Below, piece by piece: positions 1 through 11,600 of a DNA stretch of 64,000 nucleotides. The DNA comes from an uncultured delta proteobacterium (GTDB taxonomy: Bacteria; Myxococcota; Kuafuiibacteriia; Kuafuiibacteriales; Kuafuiibacteriaceae). The first letter of the stretch is position 1. Each line of letters starts with the position of its first letter. The notes beneath the pieces were generated by a model, which saw only the letters and a program-made list of their open reading frames with translations, was not told the DNA's origin and did no database searches. Position numbers and translations under genes: made by a program. The DNA lies in contig CAWDML010000009.1 in NCBI GenBank assembly GCA_963803435.1, forward strand, positions 1,696,001 through 1,760,000. The letters are read 5' to 3'.

Positions 1-1104
1 GATCCGGGCCCGAACGCCGACGCGCGGGCGCGCGACGCCGGCGCCGAGTGGCTGCTCCTGGTCCGGGGCGAGGACCGCGACGGCGCGCTCGCGCTGTTCG
101 CCGAGCTGCGATCGATCGATCGCGGGATCTGGAGCCCGCCGTCCGATCCGAGCCAGGTGCCGATCTACGCCACCGCCGAGCGACGCGCGATCCTGACCGC
201 GTCCTCGATCCCGAGGAACGTCGAGCCGCCGCCGCCCGGGGCGCCGCACCCGGATCGGGCGCGCCTCGAGGGGCCGGCGCTCCGGATCGGCTCGCTCGAC
301 GAGCGCGTGTTGGCGCTGCGCGCGTGCCCGCTGGTCGACACCGATCGCGACGAGCTGGTGGTGCTGACGCCGGAGGCCCTGTCCGTCTACTCCCTGGCGA
401 ACGGGCGGCTGCGGCGAACAGCCCGCTACGAGCTGGGCGAGCTGCCGCGACACGCGACGCCGGCGCGCGAGCCGATCGGCGCGATCGTCTGCAACGGATC
501 GAAGATCGCGTTCGGACACAGCGGCCTCGCGGGCGGACACGTGATCGAGATGTCGAAGAAGGCGGAGCTCACCACGGCCGGCAACCTCCCCGGGATCCCG
601 ATCGCCGCGCTGCCCGACGGCCGCTGGCTCCTCGCCGAGACCGAGGCCGGGACCAGCCGTTACCAGAAGGAGCTGATCGCGAAGCGCGGCGCCGAGACCA
701 CCAAGGTGACGCTGGGCGCGCCGATCCTCGACGCCGTGGCCCTCGCCGGCGAGGCGCCTTCGGGCTGGCGCCTCCTCGCGGTCACCGCCGACTATCAGCT
801 GGTGCGCCTCGGCGACACGCTCGCCGCGCCGGAGCGGATCGGGACCAGCGGCGTCGGTATCTCCGTGTTCCTGCTCGAGGGTCGCCCGCACGTGGTGGCC
901 ACCGGCGCGAGCAGGGACGGCGGACACGATCAGCTCGAGCTCTACGGCAGCGGCGAACCTCCGGCTCGACCGGTCCCGGTGGACGGCCCGGTCTACGCCA
1001 CCGCCGCCGGGCGGCTCCGGGGCGCCGGGCTCGATCTGGTGGCGGCCGCGCGCGCCCGCGATCGCACCGACCTGTTCCTGATGACCCTCTGGGAGCCCAA
1101 CTAG
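1..1104 (+). CDS. hypothetical protein, 5'-truncated (possibly extracytoplasmic, beta-rich)
   Basis: Frame of ORF 157..1104 is open from base 1 (DPGPNADARARD...); its TAG stop directly abuts the ATG of the next gene. Confidence 0.7.
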   Translation, partial: DPGPNADARARDAGAEWLLLVRGEDRDGALALFAELRSIDRGIWSPPSDPSQVPIYATAERRAILTASSIPRNVEPPPPGAPHPDRARLEGPALRIGSLDERVLALRACPLVDTDRDELVVLTPEALSVYSLANGRLRRTARYELGELPRHATPAREPIGAIVCNGSKIAFGHSGLAGGHVIEMSKKAELTTAGNLPGIPIAALPDGRWLLAETEAGTSRYQKELIAKRGAETTKVTLGAPILDAVALAGEAPSGWRLLAVTADYQLVRLGDTLAAPERIGTSGVGISVFLLEGRPHVVATGASRDGGHDQLELYGSGEPPARPVPVDGPVYATAAGRLRGAGLDLVAAARARDRTDLFLMTLWEPN

Positions 1105-2508
1105 ATGCACGGCCTGGCGCTCTGTCTGCTGCTCGGCGCGATCGGCGCGCCGCGGACGCCGTACGGCGGCGCGCTGGTCGGTTACGTCTGGAGCGCGCTC
1201 GAGTCCGAGGCCACCGTAGAGCGCGCGCTCTACGAGCCGCTCTACACCCTCGACGTCGAGGGGCACCTCGTCCCCCGCCTCGCGGACGGACCGCCGGCGG
1301 TCGACGGCAACCGCGTGACCATCTCCCTGCGCCCCCACCTGTCGGCGCACGACGGCACGCCCGTGACCGCCGCCGGGGTGGCCGCGTGGCTGACCAGCCT
1401 GGCCCGGCGCGACGCCCGCGCCTCGTTCATCGTCCTCCCAATCGCGGGCGCCGCCGAGCGGATCTCCGGGCGCGACGTCGCGCTCCGGGCCATGGCGCTG
1501 GACGAGACCACCCTCCTCATCGAGCTCGCCCATCCCCACCCCGACTACGCGCGCCTGCTCGCCGGCGCCCAGGCGGGCGTGAAGCTCCCCGGCGGCGCGG
1601 GCGCCGGTCCGTTCCAGGACAGCGGCGCCGCCGAGAAGGGCGGCGTGGTGCTGGTGCCGTTCCTCCAGCACTTCGTGGGGCGCCCGTTCCTCGATCGCGT
1701 GGAGCTCCGCCCGCTGGCGTCGCGCTTCGGGACCACCGCCATCGCGAAGAAGGATCAGGCGGCCCTGGTCTTCGGGACCCCCGACTCGGGGCGGCCGGAG
1801 CCGGTGCGCGCCCTGGCCTGGCCTTCGTTCGCGCCCCGCGAGGTGCTGGTGCTCTCGATCGGGGAGCGGCTGGCGGCGCGCCGTCCCGAGCTGGTGACCG
1901 CGCTCGACGCCGCGGTGAATCGCGGCCGTCTCGCCAGCCGCTATCTCGACGGCGAGGCGACCCCCGCGTTCACCTTCCTCGAGGGCAAGGCGCCCCCCGA
2001 GGGACCCGAGCCGCCGCCGGCCGGCATCGAGGCGCGGCTCCTGGTGGCGAAGGAGGCCCGCGCCGGTCATCGCTTCGCCGAGCGCGTGCAGCTCGACCTC
2101 CATCGCGCCGGGGTGATCGTCACCATCGAGCGCCGCTCGACGGAGGAGCTGGAGCGCGCCCGCATGAGCGGCGACTACGAGCTCATGATCGACGTGACGC
2201 TGCCCGACGCTCCCCGCACCTCGCGCCCGATCGATCGCCTGCACGGTCTCCTCTCGATCGGCGCCAGCTACGGTCGCCCCGGCTTCGCCGATCCGGAGCT
2301 CCTCCGCCGCTTCTTCGCCGCCAAGGAGGAGCAGCGCGAGGCGGTGCTTCGGCAGATCGATCGGGCGCTCCGGACCTCGGTCGGCCTGGTGCCGCTCGCC
2401 TCGCGGACGCCCTCCATCGCCGTGCGTGAGGATCTGATGGGCGTCGCCATCACGCCGAGCGGCGCGATCGATCTGGCCGACGTGTTCCTGCGAGAGCCCT
2501 CGCCGTGA
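1105..2508 (+). CDS. ABC-type peptide/nickel substrate-binding protein (family 5)-like
   Basis: Signal peptide; [29 protein letters not shown] and GRPFLDRVE motifs typical of SBP_bac_5. Confidence 0.75.
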   Translation: MHGLALCLLLGAIGAPRTPYGGALVGYVWSALESEATVERALYEPLYTLDVEGHLVPRLADGPPAVDGNRVTISLRPHLSAHDGTPVTAAGVAAWLTSLARRDARASFIVLPIAGAAERISGRDVALRAMALDETTLLIELAHPHPDYARLLAGAQAGVKLPGGAGAGPFQDSGAAEKGGVVLVPFLQHFVGRPFLDRVELRPLASRFGTTAIAKKDQAALVFGTPDSGRPEPVRALAWPSFAPREVLVLSIGERLAARRPELVTALDAAVNRGRLASRYLDGEATPAFTFLEGKAPPEGPEPPPAGIEARLLVAKEARAGHRFAERVQLDLHRAGVIVTIERRSTEELERARMSGDYELMIDVTLPDAPRTSRPIDRLHGLLSIGASYGRPGFADPELLRRFFAAKEEQREAVLRQIDRALRTSVGLVPLASRTPSIAVREDLMGVAITPSGAIDLADVFLREPSP

Positions 2509-4218
2509 GCGGTCCCGAGCCCAAGGGTCGCCTGCGGACCCGCGCCACCCTCTACTTCCTCCTGACCGCCCTCCCCGCCGCGATGGTGAGCGGGGCCGCC
2601 GTGGTGGTGCTCGATCGGCTGATCGCCCAGGAGATCGCGGCCCGCACCCAGGAGATCGTCCGGCAGGCCGATCGCGTGATGAAGGACGAGGGCAAGCGGG
2701 TACGCAGGGCCGTCGAGCAGCTCGCGGAGCTGGAGGAGATCCGACAGCTGGCCGCGTCGATCGAGGATCCGTCCGCGATCGAGCGCGCCGAGGGCCTCGC
2801 CTCCGGACGCGCGGGCGCCGCCGGGCTCGACCTCTTCGCCATCGTGGCGGGCGCCGGACCGCGCCAGGGCGAGATCGTGTCGAGCGCGCACCTGCCGGAC
2901 GCGGTGGGCGATCCGGGCCCGCGTTTTCTGGCCAAGATCACCGGCGCCGCCTCCGGGGTCGCCCACGAGCTGGTCGAGGGCAACCCGCCCGAGACCGTGC
3001 CGGCGATGATCGCGGTGGTCCCGGTGGAGCGGGACGGGCGGGCCGCGCTCTACCTCTACGGCGGCTCGCGGCTCGACGGTCCGCAGCTGTCCAGCATCGC
3101 GCGCATGGCGGGCGCCACGCTGATCCTCACCTCGCCGCCGCTCCCGCCGCAGATCTTCCCCGAGCACAGCGACCCGGGCCGCCCCGGCACCCCGATCGCG
3201 CTGGCCGAGATCCCGGGCGCCGCCGAGGGCAAGAGCCGCATCGACGTCGTCGTCCACTCGCCGCGCCTGGAGGCGGCTCGCACCACCTTCTTCACGCTCT
3301 CGGTGGTGCTGGTCGGCGCCTCGCTCCTGGTGGCGCTCGTCTCGGGGCGCCTGCTCTCGAGCCGGATCACCGGTCCGATCCTCGAGCTGTCGGACGCCGC
3401 GCGAGAGGTCGGACGCGGCAACCTCGGGGTCCGCATCGAGCCCAGCAGCAACGACGAGGTGGGCGCGCTGGGCGAGGTCTTCAACGACATGATTGTCGAG
3501 CTTCAGGACTCGCGGGAGCGCCTGGCGCGCGCCGAGCGCATCGCCGCCTGGCGCGAGATCGCAAGGCGGGTGGCACACGAGATCAAGAATCCGCTGTTCC
3601 CGATCCAGGTCTCGATCGAGACGCTCAAGAAGAGCTACGACAAGAAGCACCCGAAGCTCGACGAGATCGTCGCCGAGTCGACGAGAACCGTGCTGGAGGA
3701 GGTCCGCGCCCTCAACCGCATCGTCACCGAGTTCTCCGAGTTCGCCCGCCTGCCCGCGCCGGTCCGCGAGCCGTCCTCGGTCCCGGAGCTGCTCGCGCAC
3801 GTGGCCGGGCTCTACAAGGACGGCGGTGCCGGCGGCGCCCGGGTGGCCTTCGATTGGGCGGCGCTCGAGGCGAGACGGCTCCCCGAGATTCTCGATCGAC
3901 CGCGAGCAGGTCGGCCGCGCGCTGATCAACCTGGTGAAGAACGCGCTCGAGGCGATGGAAGCGACCGGCGGGACGGTGCGGCTGGAGGCGCGGGCCGAGC
4001 GCGGCGGCGTCGAGATCAGCGTGACGGACGACGGTCCGGGGATGCCGGCCGAGGTCCGGGAGAAGCTGTTCACGCCCTATTTCACCACCAAGGAGACCGG
4101 CACCGGGCTGGGGCTGGCCATCGTCGACCGGATCGTGTCCGAGCACGAGGGCAGCGTCGGCGTCACCTCCGAGCCCGGGCGCGGGACGACGTTTCGGATT
4201 TGGCTGCCGGGCGCCTGA
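2505..4218 (+). CDS. membrane sensor histidine kinase (NtrY-like, HAMP-HisKA-HATPase_c), with a +1 frameshift near 3889
   Basis: Two TM segments, HAMP ([13 protein letters not shown]) and H-box ([12 protein letters not shown]) in one frame; N, G1, F, G2 boxes ([28 protein letters not shown]) in the frame ending at 4218; removing one T in GAGATTCTCG joins them. Confidence 0.85.
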
Positions 4219-4289
4219 CGAGTGGCTTCGCCGCCTGGAGGGTGTTCGCCACTTCCTCGCCGACTCCGTGCGGTGCGAGACTCCGCGGC

Positions 4290-5753
4290 ATGGTCGCGTA
4301 CGGGGCGTACTCGGTCGACGGCATCTACGACGAGATGTTCGACGCGCCCGGTAAGCCGCGGATGGGCTGCGAGCAGCTCTTCGACCGGCTGGCCCGCCTC
4401 GAGCCCGACCACCTGATCCAGCGCCAGCAGGCCGCCGAGCTGGCCATGCTCAACCTCGGCATCACGTTCAACGTCTACGGACACGAGGCGGGCACCGAGA
4501 AGATCTTCCCCTTCGACATCATCCCGCGCGTGCTGGCGGCCGGCGAGTGGCGCGGCCTCGAGGCCGGCCTGGTGCAGCGGATCGAGGCGCTGAACCTGTT
4601 CGTCGACGACGTCTACCACGAGCAGAAGATCCTGAAGGACGGTGTGGTGCCCCGCGAGCTGGTCGAGTCCTCCAGCGGCTACCTGCCCGCCTGCCGCGGC
4701 CTGGACCCGCCCAGGCGCGTGTGGATCCACGTGACCGGGACGGATCTGGTCCGCGATCAGAACGGCACCTTCTACGTGCTGGAGGACAACCTGCGCTGTC
4801 CCTCCGGCGTCTCCTACGTCCTGGAGAACCGCGCCATCATGAAGCGGACGTTCCCGCAGGTCTTCGCGAACATGCAGGTGCGCCCGGTCCAGGAGTATCC
4901 GGGCAAGCTGCTGGAGATGCTGCAGGCGATCAACCCCCGACAGGAGGTGCCGCACGTCGTGCTGCTGACGCCGGGGGTCTACAACTCGGCCTACTTCGAG
5001 CACTCGTTCCTGGCCCAGCAGATGGGGATCGAGCTGGTCGAGGGCCGCGACCTGGTGGTGTCGGACGGCTACGTGAAGATGCGGACCACGCGCGGGCTGA
5101 AGCGCGTCGACGTGATCTACCGGCGCATCGACGACACCTTCATCGACCCGAAGGCCTTCCGGCCCGAGTCGGTGCTCGGCGTGCCCGGGCTGCTCGACGT
5201 CTACCGCGCCGGGCGGCTGGGCCTCGCCAACGCGCCTGGAACCGGCATCGCCGACGACAAGGTCCTCTACGCCTACGCGCCGGAGATCATCCGCTACTAC
5301 CTCGACCAGGATCCGATCATCCCGAACGTCCCCACGTACCTGTGCTGGCGACCGGAGGATCTCGAGTACGTGGTGGGTCACCTGGACGAGCTGGTGGTCA
5401 AGGCCGCCGACCAGTCCGGCGGCTACGGGATGCTGATCGGCCCGCACGCCTCGCAGGCCGAGCGCGACGACTTCCGCGACAAGATCCGGAAGACGCCGCG
5501 GGCGTACATCGCCCAGCCCACGCTCCGGCTCTCGACCGTGCCCACGCTGGTCGGGGGCACCCTGGAGGCGCGCCACGTCGATCTGCGCCCGTACATCCTC
5601 TACGGCCAGGGGATCTGGGTGATGCCGGGCGGGCTCACGCGCGTGGCGCTGAGAAAGGGCTCGCTGGTGGTCAACTCCTCCCAGGGCGGCGGCAGCAAGG
5701 ACACCTGGGTGCTCGACGGGTCGGAGCAGGAGCAGGAGCAGAGCCAGTGCTGA
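4290..5753 (+). CDS. circularly permuted type 2 ATP-grasp protein (DUF404/DUF407 family)
   Basis: [61 protein letters not shown] and [16 protein letters not shown] motifs; ATG at 4290. Confidence 0.92.
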   Translation: MVAYGAYSVDGIYDEMFDAPGKPRMGCEQLFDRLARLEPDHLIQRQQAAELAMLNLGITFNVYGHEAGTEKIFPFDIIPRVLAAGEWRGLEAGLVQRIEALNLFVDDVYHEQKILKDGVVPRELVESSSGYLPACRGLDPPRRVWIHVTGTDLVRDQNGTFYVLEDNLRCPSGVSYVLENRAIMKRTFPQVFANMQVRPVQEYPGKLLEMLQAINPRQEVPHVVLLTPGVYNSAYFEHSFLAQQMGIELVEGRDLVVSDGYVKMRTTRGLKRVDVIYRRIDDTFIDPKAFRPESVLGVPGLLDVYRAGRLGLANAPGTGIADDKVLYAYAPEIIRYYLDQDPIIPNVPTYLCWRPEDLEYVVGHLDELVVKAADQSGGYGMLIGPHASQAERDDFRDKIRKTPRAYIAQPTLRLSTVPTLVGGTLEARHVDLRPYILYGQGIWVMPGGLTRVALRKGSLVVNSSQGGGSKDTWVLDGSEQEQEQSQC

Positions 5754-6707
5754 GCCGCGTCGCCGAGGCCGTCCACTGGATGGCGCGATACGTGGAACGC
5801 GCCGAGAACGTGGCGCGGTTCGTCGACGTCAACCAGCACCTGCTGCTCGACGCCCCCGGCGAGGAGGCCCGCCACTGGGCGCCCCTCATCGCCATCACCG
5901 GCGACGACGCGCTGTTCCGCGAGCGCTACGGCGAGCTGAGCCGCGACGCCGTGGTGCGCTTTCTCTCGCTGGACCCCGAGTACCCGAACTCGATCCGCTC
6001 CTCGATCCGCTCGGCCCGCGAGAACGCCCGCAGCGCCCGCGAGATCATCTCCTCCGAGATGTGGGAGGCGATCAACAAGGTCCACCTGATGGTGTCGGAC
6101 GCCGTCCGCTCGCCGGACGCGGTCCTCGAGGATCCGACCAGCTTTCTCGCGGCGGTCAAGGAGGCGTGCTACGGCTTCGTGGGTGCCACCTACGTCACGA
6201 TGACCCACAGCGAGTCGTGGCACTTCATCCGCCTGGGCCGCGTGCTGGAGCGCGCCGACAAGACCTCGCGGATCGTCGACGTGAAGTACTTCGTGCTCCT
6301 GCCCGATCCCCTCGTTCGTCGGCACGCCCACCGACGAGCTGCACTGGGCGGCGCTCCTCAAGAGCGCCTCGGCGTTCGAGATGTACCGGAAGCGCTTCGG
6401 CCGCATCAGGCCCTCGCGCGTGATCGACTTCCTGCTGCTGGACAACGAGTTCCCGCGGGCGGTGCGGCGCTGCATCAACCTGGGAGAGGACTCGCTCTAC
6501 ACGATCACCGGCGGCCGCCGCGGCTCCTGGACCAACGCCGCCGAGAAGCGGATGGGTCGGCTCCGCGCGGACCTCGAGTACGCCAGCGTGGAGGACGTGA
6601 TCGCGGCCGGCGTGCACGAGTGGGTCGATCGCTTCCAGACCAAGCTGAACGACGTGGGAAGGGCCGTTCATGACACCTTCTTCGCCCTCGACGACGAGCG
6701 CCGCTGA
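5747..6707 (+). CDS. alpha-E domain protein (DUF403), with a +1 frameshift at about 6308-6311
   Basis: Starts (M)[23 protein letters not shown]; [18 protein letters not shown] and [15 protein letters not shown], then [14 protein letters not shown] and FPRAVRRC in the next frame; an extra C in a C4 run explains the shift. Confidence 0.88.
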
Positions 6708-6708
6708 G

Positions 6709-8616
6709 TCAGCCGCCCGGGCCGAGCTCCGGCTCGACGGCCTGGACCTGCACGGTGACCTGGAGCTGCTCCAGCCCGCCGCCGCGGTAGATGGTGCCGC
6801 TGGTGGGCGTGGCGTCGCCGTAGTTTCGTCCCGCCGCCACCCGCACGTGGTCGGTGCCGACCAGGCAGCCGTTCGTGGGATCGAAGCCCTGCCAGCCGCT
6901 CCACGGCAGATACAGCTCGCACCAGGCGTGGGACGCCTCCGACTGCAGGCGGTTGTCGTAGTTCGCGCCGGTGTAGATGTACCCGACGCGATAGCGCGCC
7001 GGCACGCCGAGGAGCCGCGACAGGCAGATGAACAGGTTCGCGAAGTCCTGGCAGACGCCCTGCCGCTTCCGGAACACCTGGAACGGTGTCGTCGCCAGGT
7101 TGGTCGAGCCGCTGACGTACGAGAAGTCGCGATAGATCGTCGTGTTCATGTCGATCAGCGTCTGGACCAGATCGTAGTCCTGGCGCTCGACGAAGCTCAT
7201 CGCGAACTCGGTCAGCTCCTGCAGCTCCGTCTCCGGGAGCTCGGGCGGCAACAGATAGGGGAGCATCATCTGCCGCTGCCAGGGCATCCACACCAGCGGG
7301 ATGCTGAAGCGGCGGTGCGGCGAGTGGAGATCGTGCGGCGGCTCGTGCCGCATGCGGACCAGCGAGCGGGTGACCATGTCGAGCTCGGTGAACAGCGTCT
7401 CCAGCTCGAAGCGATGGACGATGTTTCCGAACACGTCCTCGTACGTGCGGGCCGCCCCGTCGACGGAGAAGGTCAGCTCGAACTGCAAGAGATCCTGCCA
7501 GCGATCGTGGACCGGCTGGAGACGCAGCAGGTGGAGGCTCTTCTCCACCGGCTTGGCGTAGCGGTAGGAGGTCCGATGCACCACCTGGAGCAGCCGGCCC
7601 TCACCCTCGGCCTCGGCGTGATGGTGAATCCGCGGGATGGGGAGCCGGAGCGGCGGCGCCAGGGAGGCGGCCGGCGGAGGCGGCGCCGGCACGGGCGCCT
7701 CGGGCGCAGCGCCGCCTGCGGGCGGGAGCGGCGGCACCATCAGGCGGCGCGCGGCCGCGTCGGCGTGCGAGTCGTAGACGACCTCGGCGCGGCGCACCAC
7801 CAGGAGCTGCCCCTCCTGCATGTCCCGCCAGCCCTCGCCGATCGGGACCGTGGAGAACAGCACGACGCTGCGCGCGCGATTGCGGGCGTCGTCGAGCTCG
7901 ACCTCGAGATCGAGCGAGGTCAGGACCTCGGGGATCTCGGGCGGGAGCAGCCGGGCGAAGTGGAGGCGGTTGTAGCCGTGCTCGTCGCCGTACACCGCCA
8001 GGTCGCGCCCGTCGGTGAGGAGGAAGTTCGCGGTGCCGAGGGCGTCGAGCTCGCGAAACCATCCGTGGAGGCGGTCCCAGCCCACGTCGGCCAGGCTGCG
8101 GGCCCGCGCCGCCCGCACCTTCGACAGGAGCCAGCAGAACGCGTGCTCGCTGTCGGTGCGCCCGATGGGCTCGAAGGCCGGGTCCTCGCCGAGCGGCAGC
8201 ACCGTCGACAGCCCCCCCTCCGGCGCCTCGAGGTCGCCGTTGTGCGCGAGGATCCAGTCGCGCCCGCCGTGGCTCAGGCGGAAGGGGTGCGTGTCCTGCT
8301 CCTGGAGCGCGCGGGCCGCGCCGCGGAGGTGACAGATGAAGAGGGTCGAGTGGAAGCGATCCCACTCCCGGAGCAGCTTGGTCATCGGATTCTCGCCGAG
8401 CGAGGTGGCGTCCTTGATGACCAGCGCCGAGGCGCTCTGCTCGGGATACCACGCGAAGCCCCAGCCGTACGCGTGCGGCGTGCGGGCCCGGTCCGTCTCC
8501 ACCAGGCGCCGCAGGGTCACGGACGGCGAGGCCCCCGAGTCGAAGGACATCGCCAGGAGGCGCGTGTTCTCGTGCTCCCTGGGGGCGAGACCTGGCCGGA
8601 CGCGGTTGGACGGCAC
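6709..8616 (-). CDS. class II glutamine amidotransferase (Ntn-hydrolase, YafJ/EgtC-like) fused to a transglutaminase-like domain; start uncertain
   Basis: N-half: GWGFAWY, CHLRGA, DTHPF, AHNGDL, GRTDSEHAFC. Pro-rich linker. C-half: HRTSYRY, EDVFGN, GVCQDFA, ASHAWCE, GFDPTN, GRNYGDATP. Confidence 0.85.
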   Translation of the reverse strand: MPSNRVRPGLAPREHENTRLLAMSFDSGASPSVTLRRLVETDRARTPHAYGWGFAWYPEQSASALVIKDATSLGENPMTKLLREWDRFHSTLFICHLRGAARALQEQDTHPFRLSHGGRDWILAHNGDLEAPEGGLSTVLPLGEDPAFEPIGRTDSEHAFCWLLSKVRAARARSLADVGWDRLHGWFRELDALGTANFLLTDGRDLAVYGDEHGYNRLHFARLLPPEIPEVLTSLDLEVELDDARNRARSVVLFSTVPIGEGWRDMQEGQLLVVRRAEVVYDSHADAAARRLMVPPLPPAGGAAPEAPVPAPPPPAASLAPPLRLPIPRIHHHAEAEGEGRLLQVVHRTSYRYAKPVEKSLHLLRLQPVHDRWQDLLQFELTFSVDGAARTYEDVFGNIVHRFELETLFTELDMVTRSLVRMRHEPPHDLHSPHRRFSIPLVWMPWQRQMMLPYLLPPELPETELQELTEFAMSFVERQDYDLVQTLIDMNTTIYRDFSYVSGSTNLATTPFQVFRKRQGVCQDFANLFICLSRLLGVPARYRVGYIYTGANYDNRLQSEASHAWCELYLPWSGWQGFDPTNGCLVGTDHVRVAAGRNYGDATPTSGTIYRGGGLEQLQVTVQVQAVEPELGPGG

Positions 8617-8692
8617 GATCCCACGAGACCACCGCTTCGAGCTTTTTGCGAGCGCCAAGTGACGCGCGCGCGCGATGGGGAGGGCTGAGACG

Positions 8693-11600
8693 ATGCGCGT
8701 CCGAATTCGCCACGAGAGTCGCTATCACTACGGCAAGCCGGTCGACCTCGGCCCGCACCTGATCCGCCTCCGTCCCGCCGACCACACCCGCGCGCGCCTG
8801 CTCAGCTACAACCTGGGCGTCACACCGAAGTGCGAGCTCCGCTGGCAGCGGGACGCGGCCAACAACCGGATCGTACGGGCCACCTTCGCCGCCGGCGAAC
8901 GCTTCGACGCGCTCGCCGTGGTCGTCGACGCCGCGTTCGAGATCCGCACCGTCAACCCCTTCAACTTCTTCGTCGACGACCGCTGCCGCGACCTCCCCTT
9001 CGCGTACCCCGACGGCCTCGAGATCGATCTCGCGCCCTTCCTGAGGCGGCCGGCGATCGGCCCCGAGCTCGCCGCGTTCGTGAAGGCGAACCCCGCCGAG
9101 GGCTACGTCACCGACTACCTGGTCGCGCTCAACTCGGCGGTGGCGAGAGAGGTCCGCTACATCATCCGCGACGACGCCGGGATCCAGTCGAGCGAGGAGA
9201 CGCTCGCGCGCGGGTCGGGCAGCTGCCGCGACTCCGCCGTGCTGCTGGTCGACGCCCTGAGGGCGCAGGGCCTGGCCGCGCGCTTCGTCAGCGGCTACCT
9301 CTTGCAGCTCACCGACGAGGGCAACATCCCCGGTGAGAGGAGGGGCATCGATCGCGACGTCGTCGATCTTCACGCGTGGGCCGAGGTCTACGTGCCCGGC
9401 GGCGGATGGATCGGGCTGGACGGGACCAGCGGGCTCCTCGCCGGCGAAGGGCACATCCCGCTGGCCGGCACCGCCGATCCCAGGCTGGCCGCGCCGATCG
9501 ACGGCACCGCCAGCGCCCCCGCGCTCCGCGTCGACTTTCACACCCGCGTCGAGCGCCTGGGCCACGAGCCGCGCCCGCGCCGTCCCTATACCGACGCCTG
9601 CTGGGCGGCGATCCGCGCGCTCGGGCGCGACGTCGACGCCCACCTGGAGGCGCGCGGCCTCGCGCTCACCATGGGCGGCGAGCCCACGTGGACCTCGCGC
9701 CTCCACCCCCGGGCGAAGGAGTGGAACGAGGACGCCCTCGGCAGGACGAAGTGGGATCAGGGCCTGGTGCTGGCCGAGCGGCTGCTCGCGCGCCTCGGAG
9801 ACGGCGGCATCGTCACGCACCGCATGGGCAAGCACTATCCGGGCGAGAGCTTGCCGCGCTGGGCGATGCACCTGTTGTGGCGGCCGGACGGCGTCCCGCT
9901 GTGGCGCGACCCGTCGCGGCTCGACCTCCGCACCGCCCGGGCCACCGCGGACCTGGGCGCGAGCGCGGGGGCGCCCAGCGACGAAGACGCCGAGCGCTTC
10001 GCCCGCGCGCTGGCGGGCAAGCTGGAGCTGGCGGCGTATCGAACGATCCAGCCCGCCTTCGAGGACCCGTGGGTCTTCATCCGCGAGGAGCACGACCTCC
10101 CCGACGATGTCGATCCGCTCGCCGCCGATCTCGACGATCCGGAGGCGCGCCGTCGCCTGGCCCGCGTGCTCGGCCGGGGCCTAGGGCGCCCGGTCGGCTA
10201 CGTCCTGCCCCTGGGCGCGACCAAGGAGGGATGGGCCACCTCACCGTGGACCTTCCGCCGCGGGCACGCGTTCCTCACGCCCGGTGACGCGCCGATCGGC
10301 CTGCGCCTTCCGCTGCAGCAGATCGGCGGCACGCCCCACCCCACCTGGGCGCAGGACCCGAGCCAGCGCTTCCTCGCGTTCGACGCAGCGCCGGTGTCCG
10401 CTCTCCCGGGACAGCCGCGCGCCGAGCTCACCGAGAAGGACACCCGCGTGCGGACGGCGCTCTGCGTCGAGCCGCGCGGCGGCGCCCTGGCCGTGTTCCT
10501 GCCGCCGCTGCCCACCGGCGAGCACTTCCTCGCGCTGATCCGCGCCGTCGAGGAGACCGCGCGGAGCACCGACGCCAAGGTGAGCCTCGAGGGCTACCCG
10601 CCGCCGCCCGATCCGCGGCTCCGCGCCTGCCTGGTCACGCCCGACCCCGGCGTGCTGGAGGTGAACATTCCGGTCACCTCCCGGTTCGACGACTACGTCG
10701 AGCTCATGGAGACGATCGCCGACGCCGCCAACCACGCCGGCCTCACCACCGAGAAGTACCAGCTCGACGGTCGCGAGGTCGGGCCCGGCGGCGGACACCA
10801 CCTCACGCTGGGCGGGCCCACCACGCTCGAGAGCCCGTTCCTCCGCGACCCGGCGCTGCTCGCGAGCATGCTCAACTATCTGCAGAACCACCCGGCGCTC
10901 TCGTACCTGTTCGCGAGCCAGTTCGTCGGCCCCACCTCGCAGGCGCCCCGCGTGGACGAGGCGCGCCACGACGCGCTCTACGAGCTGGAGATCGCGCTCG
11001 AGCGACTGCGGTCCCACGCGGGCGAGGTGCTGCCCTGGCTGAGCGATCGCCACCTGCGAAACCTGCTGACCGACGTCAGCGGCAACACGCACCGCACCGA
11101 GGTCTGCATCGACAAGCTCTACGACCCGGGCAGCGCCGGGGGCCGGCAAGGGATCCTCGAGTTCCGCGCCTTCGAGATGCCGGCCCACGAGCGAATGGCG
11201 GTGACCCAGATGCTGCTGCTGCGCGGCATCGCCTCGATGGTCGCCGACCGCCCCTATGCGCGGCCGCTGATCCGCTGGGGCAGCCAGCTCCACGATCGCT
11301 TCATGCTCCCGCACTTCCTGTGGCGCGACCTCCGCGACGTGCTCGGCGATCTGCGCGAGGCCGGGCTGCCGTTCGCCGACGAGATGATCCGGCCCTTCCT
11401 CGACTTCAAGTGCCCGGTGGCCGGCACCGTCGACGTCGAGGACTTCAGCCTCGAGATCCGGACCGCCCTCGAGCCCTGGATCGTGCTGGGCGAGGAGGGC
11501 GCGCGGACCGGCACGGTTCGCTACGTCGACTCCTCCGTCGAGCGGCTGCAGGTCAGCGTCGAGGGGCTCACCGACGATCGGCACGTCATCACCGTGAACG

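Noticed and set aside
48-2429. 793-aa Arg/Ala/Gly-rich ORF and many similar long alternative-frame ORFs (e.g. 52497..55502 minus, 7601..10093 minus)
   Set aside because: Low-complexity translations overlapping well-supported genes; expected when stop codons are scarce at high GC
2505-5753. 1082-aa histidine kinase/ATP-grasp fusion ORF
   Set aside because: Artefact of the +1 shift at about 3889: the kinase ATPase domain is in another frame ending at 4218, and the ATP-grasp gene has its own ATG at 4290
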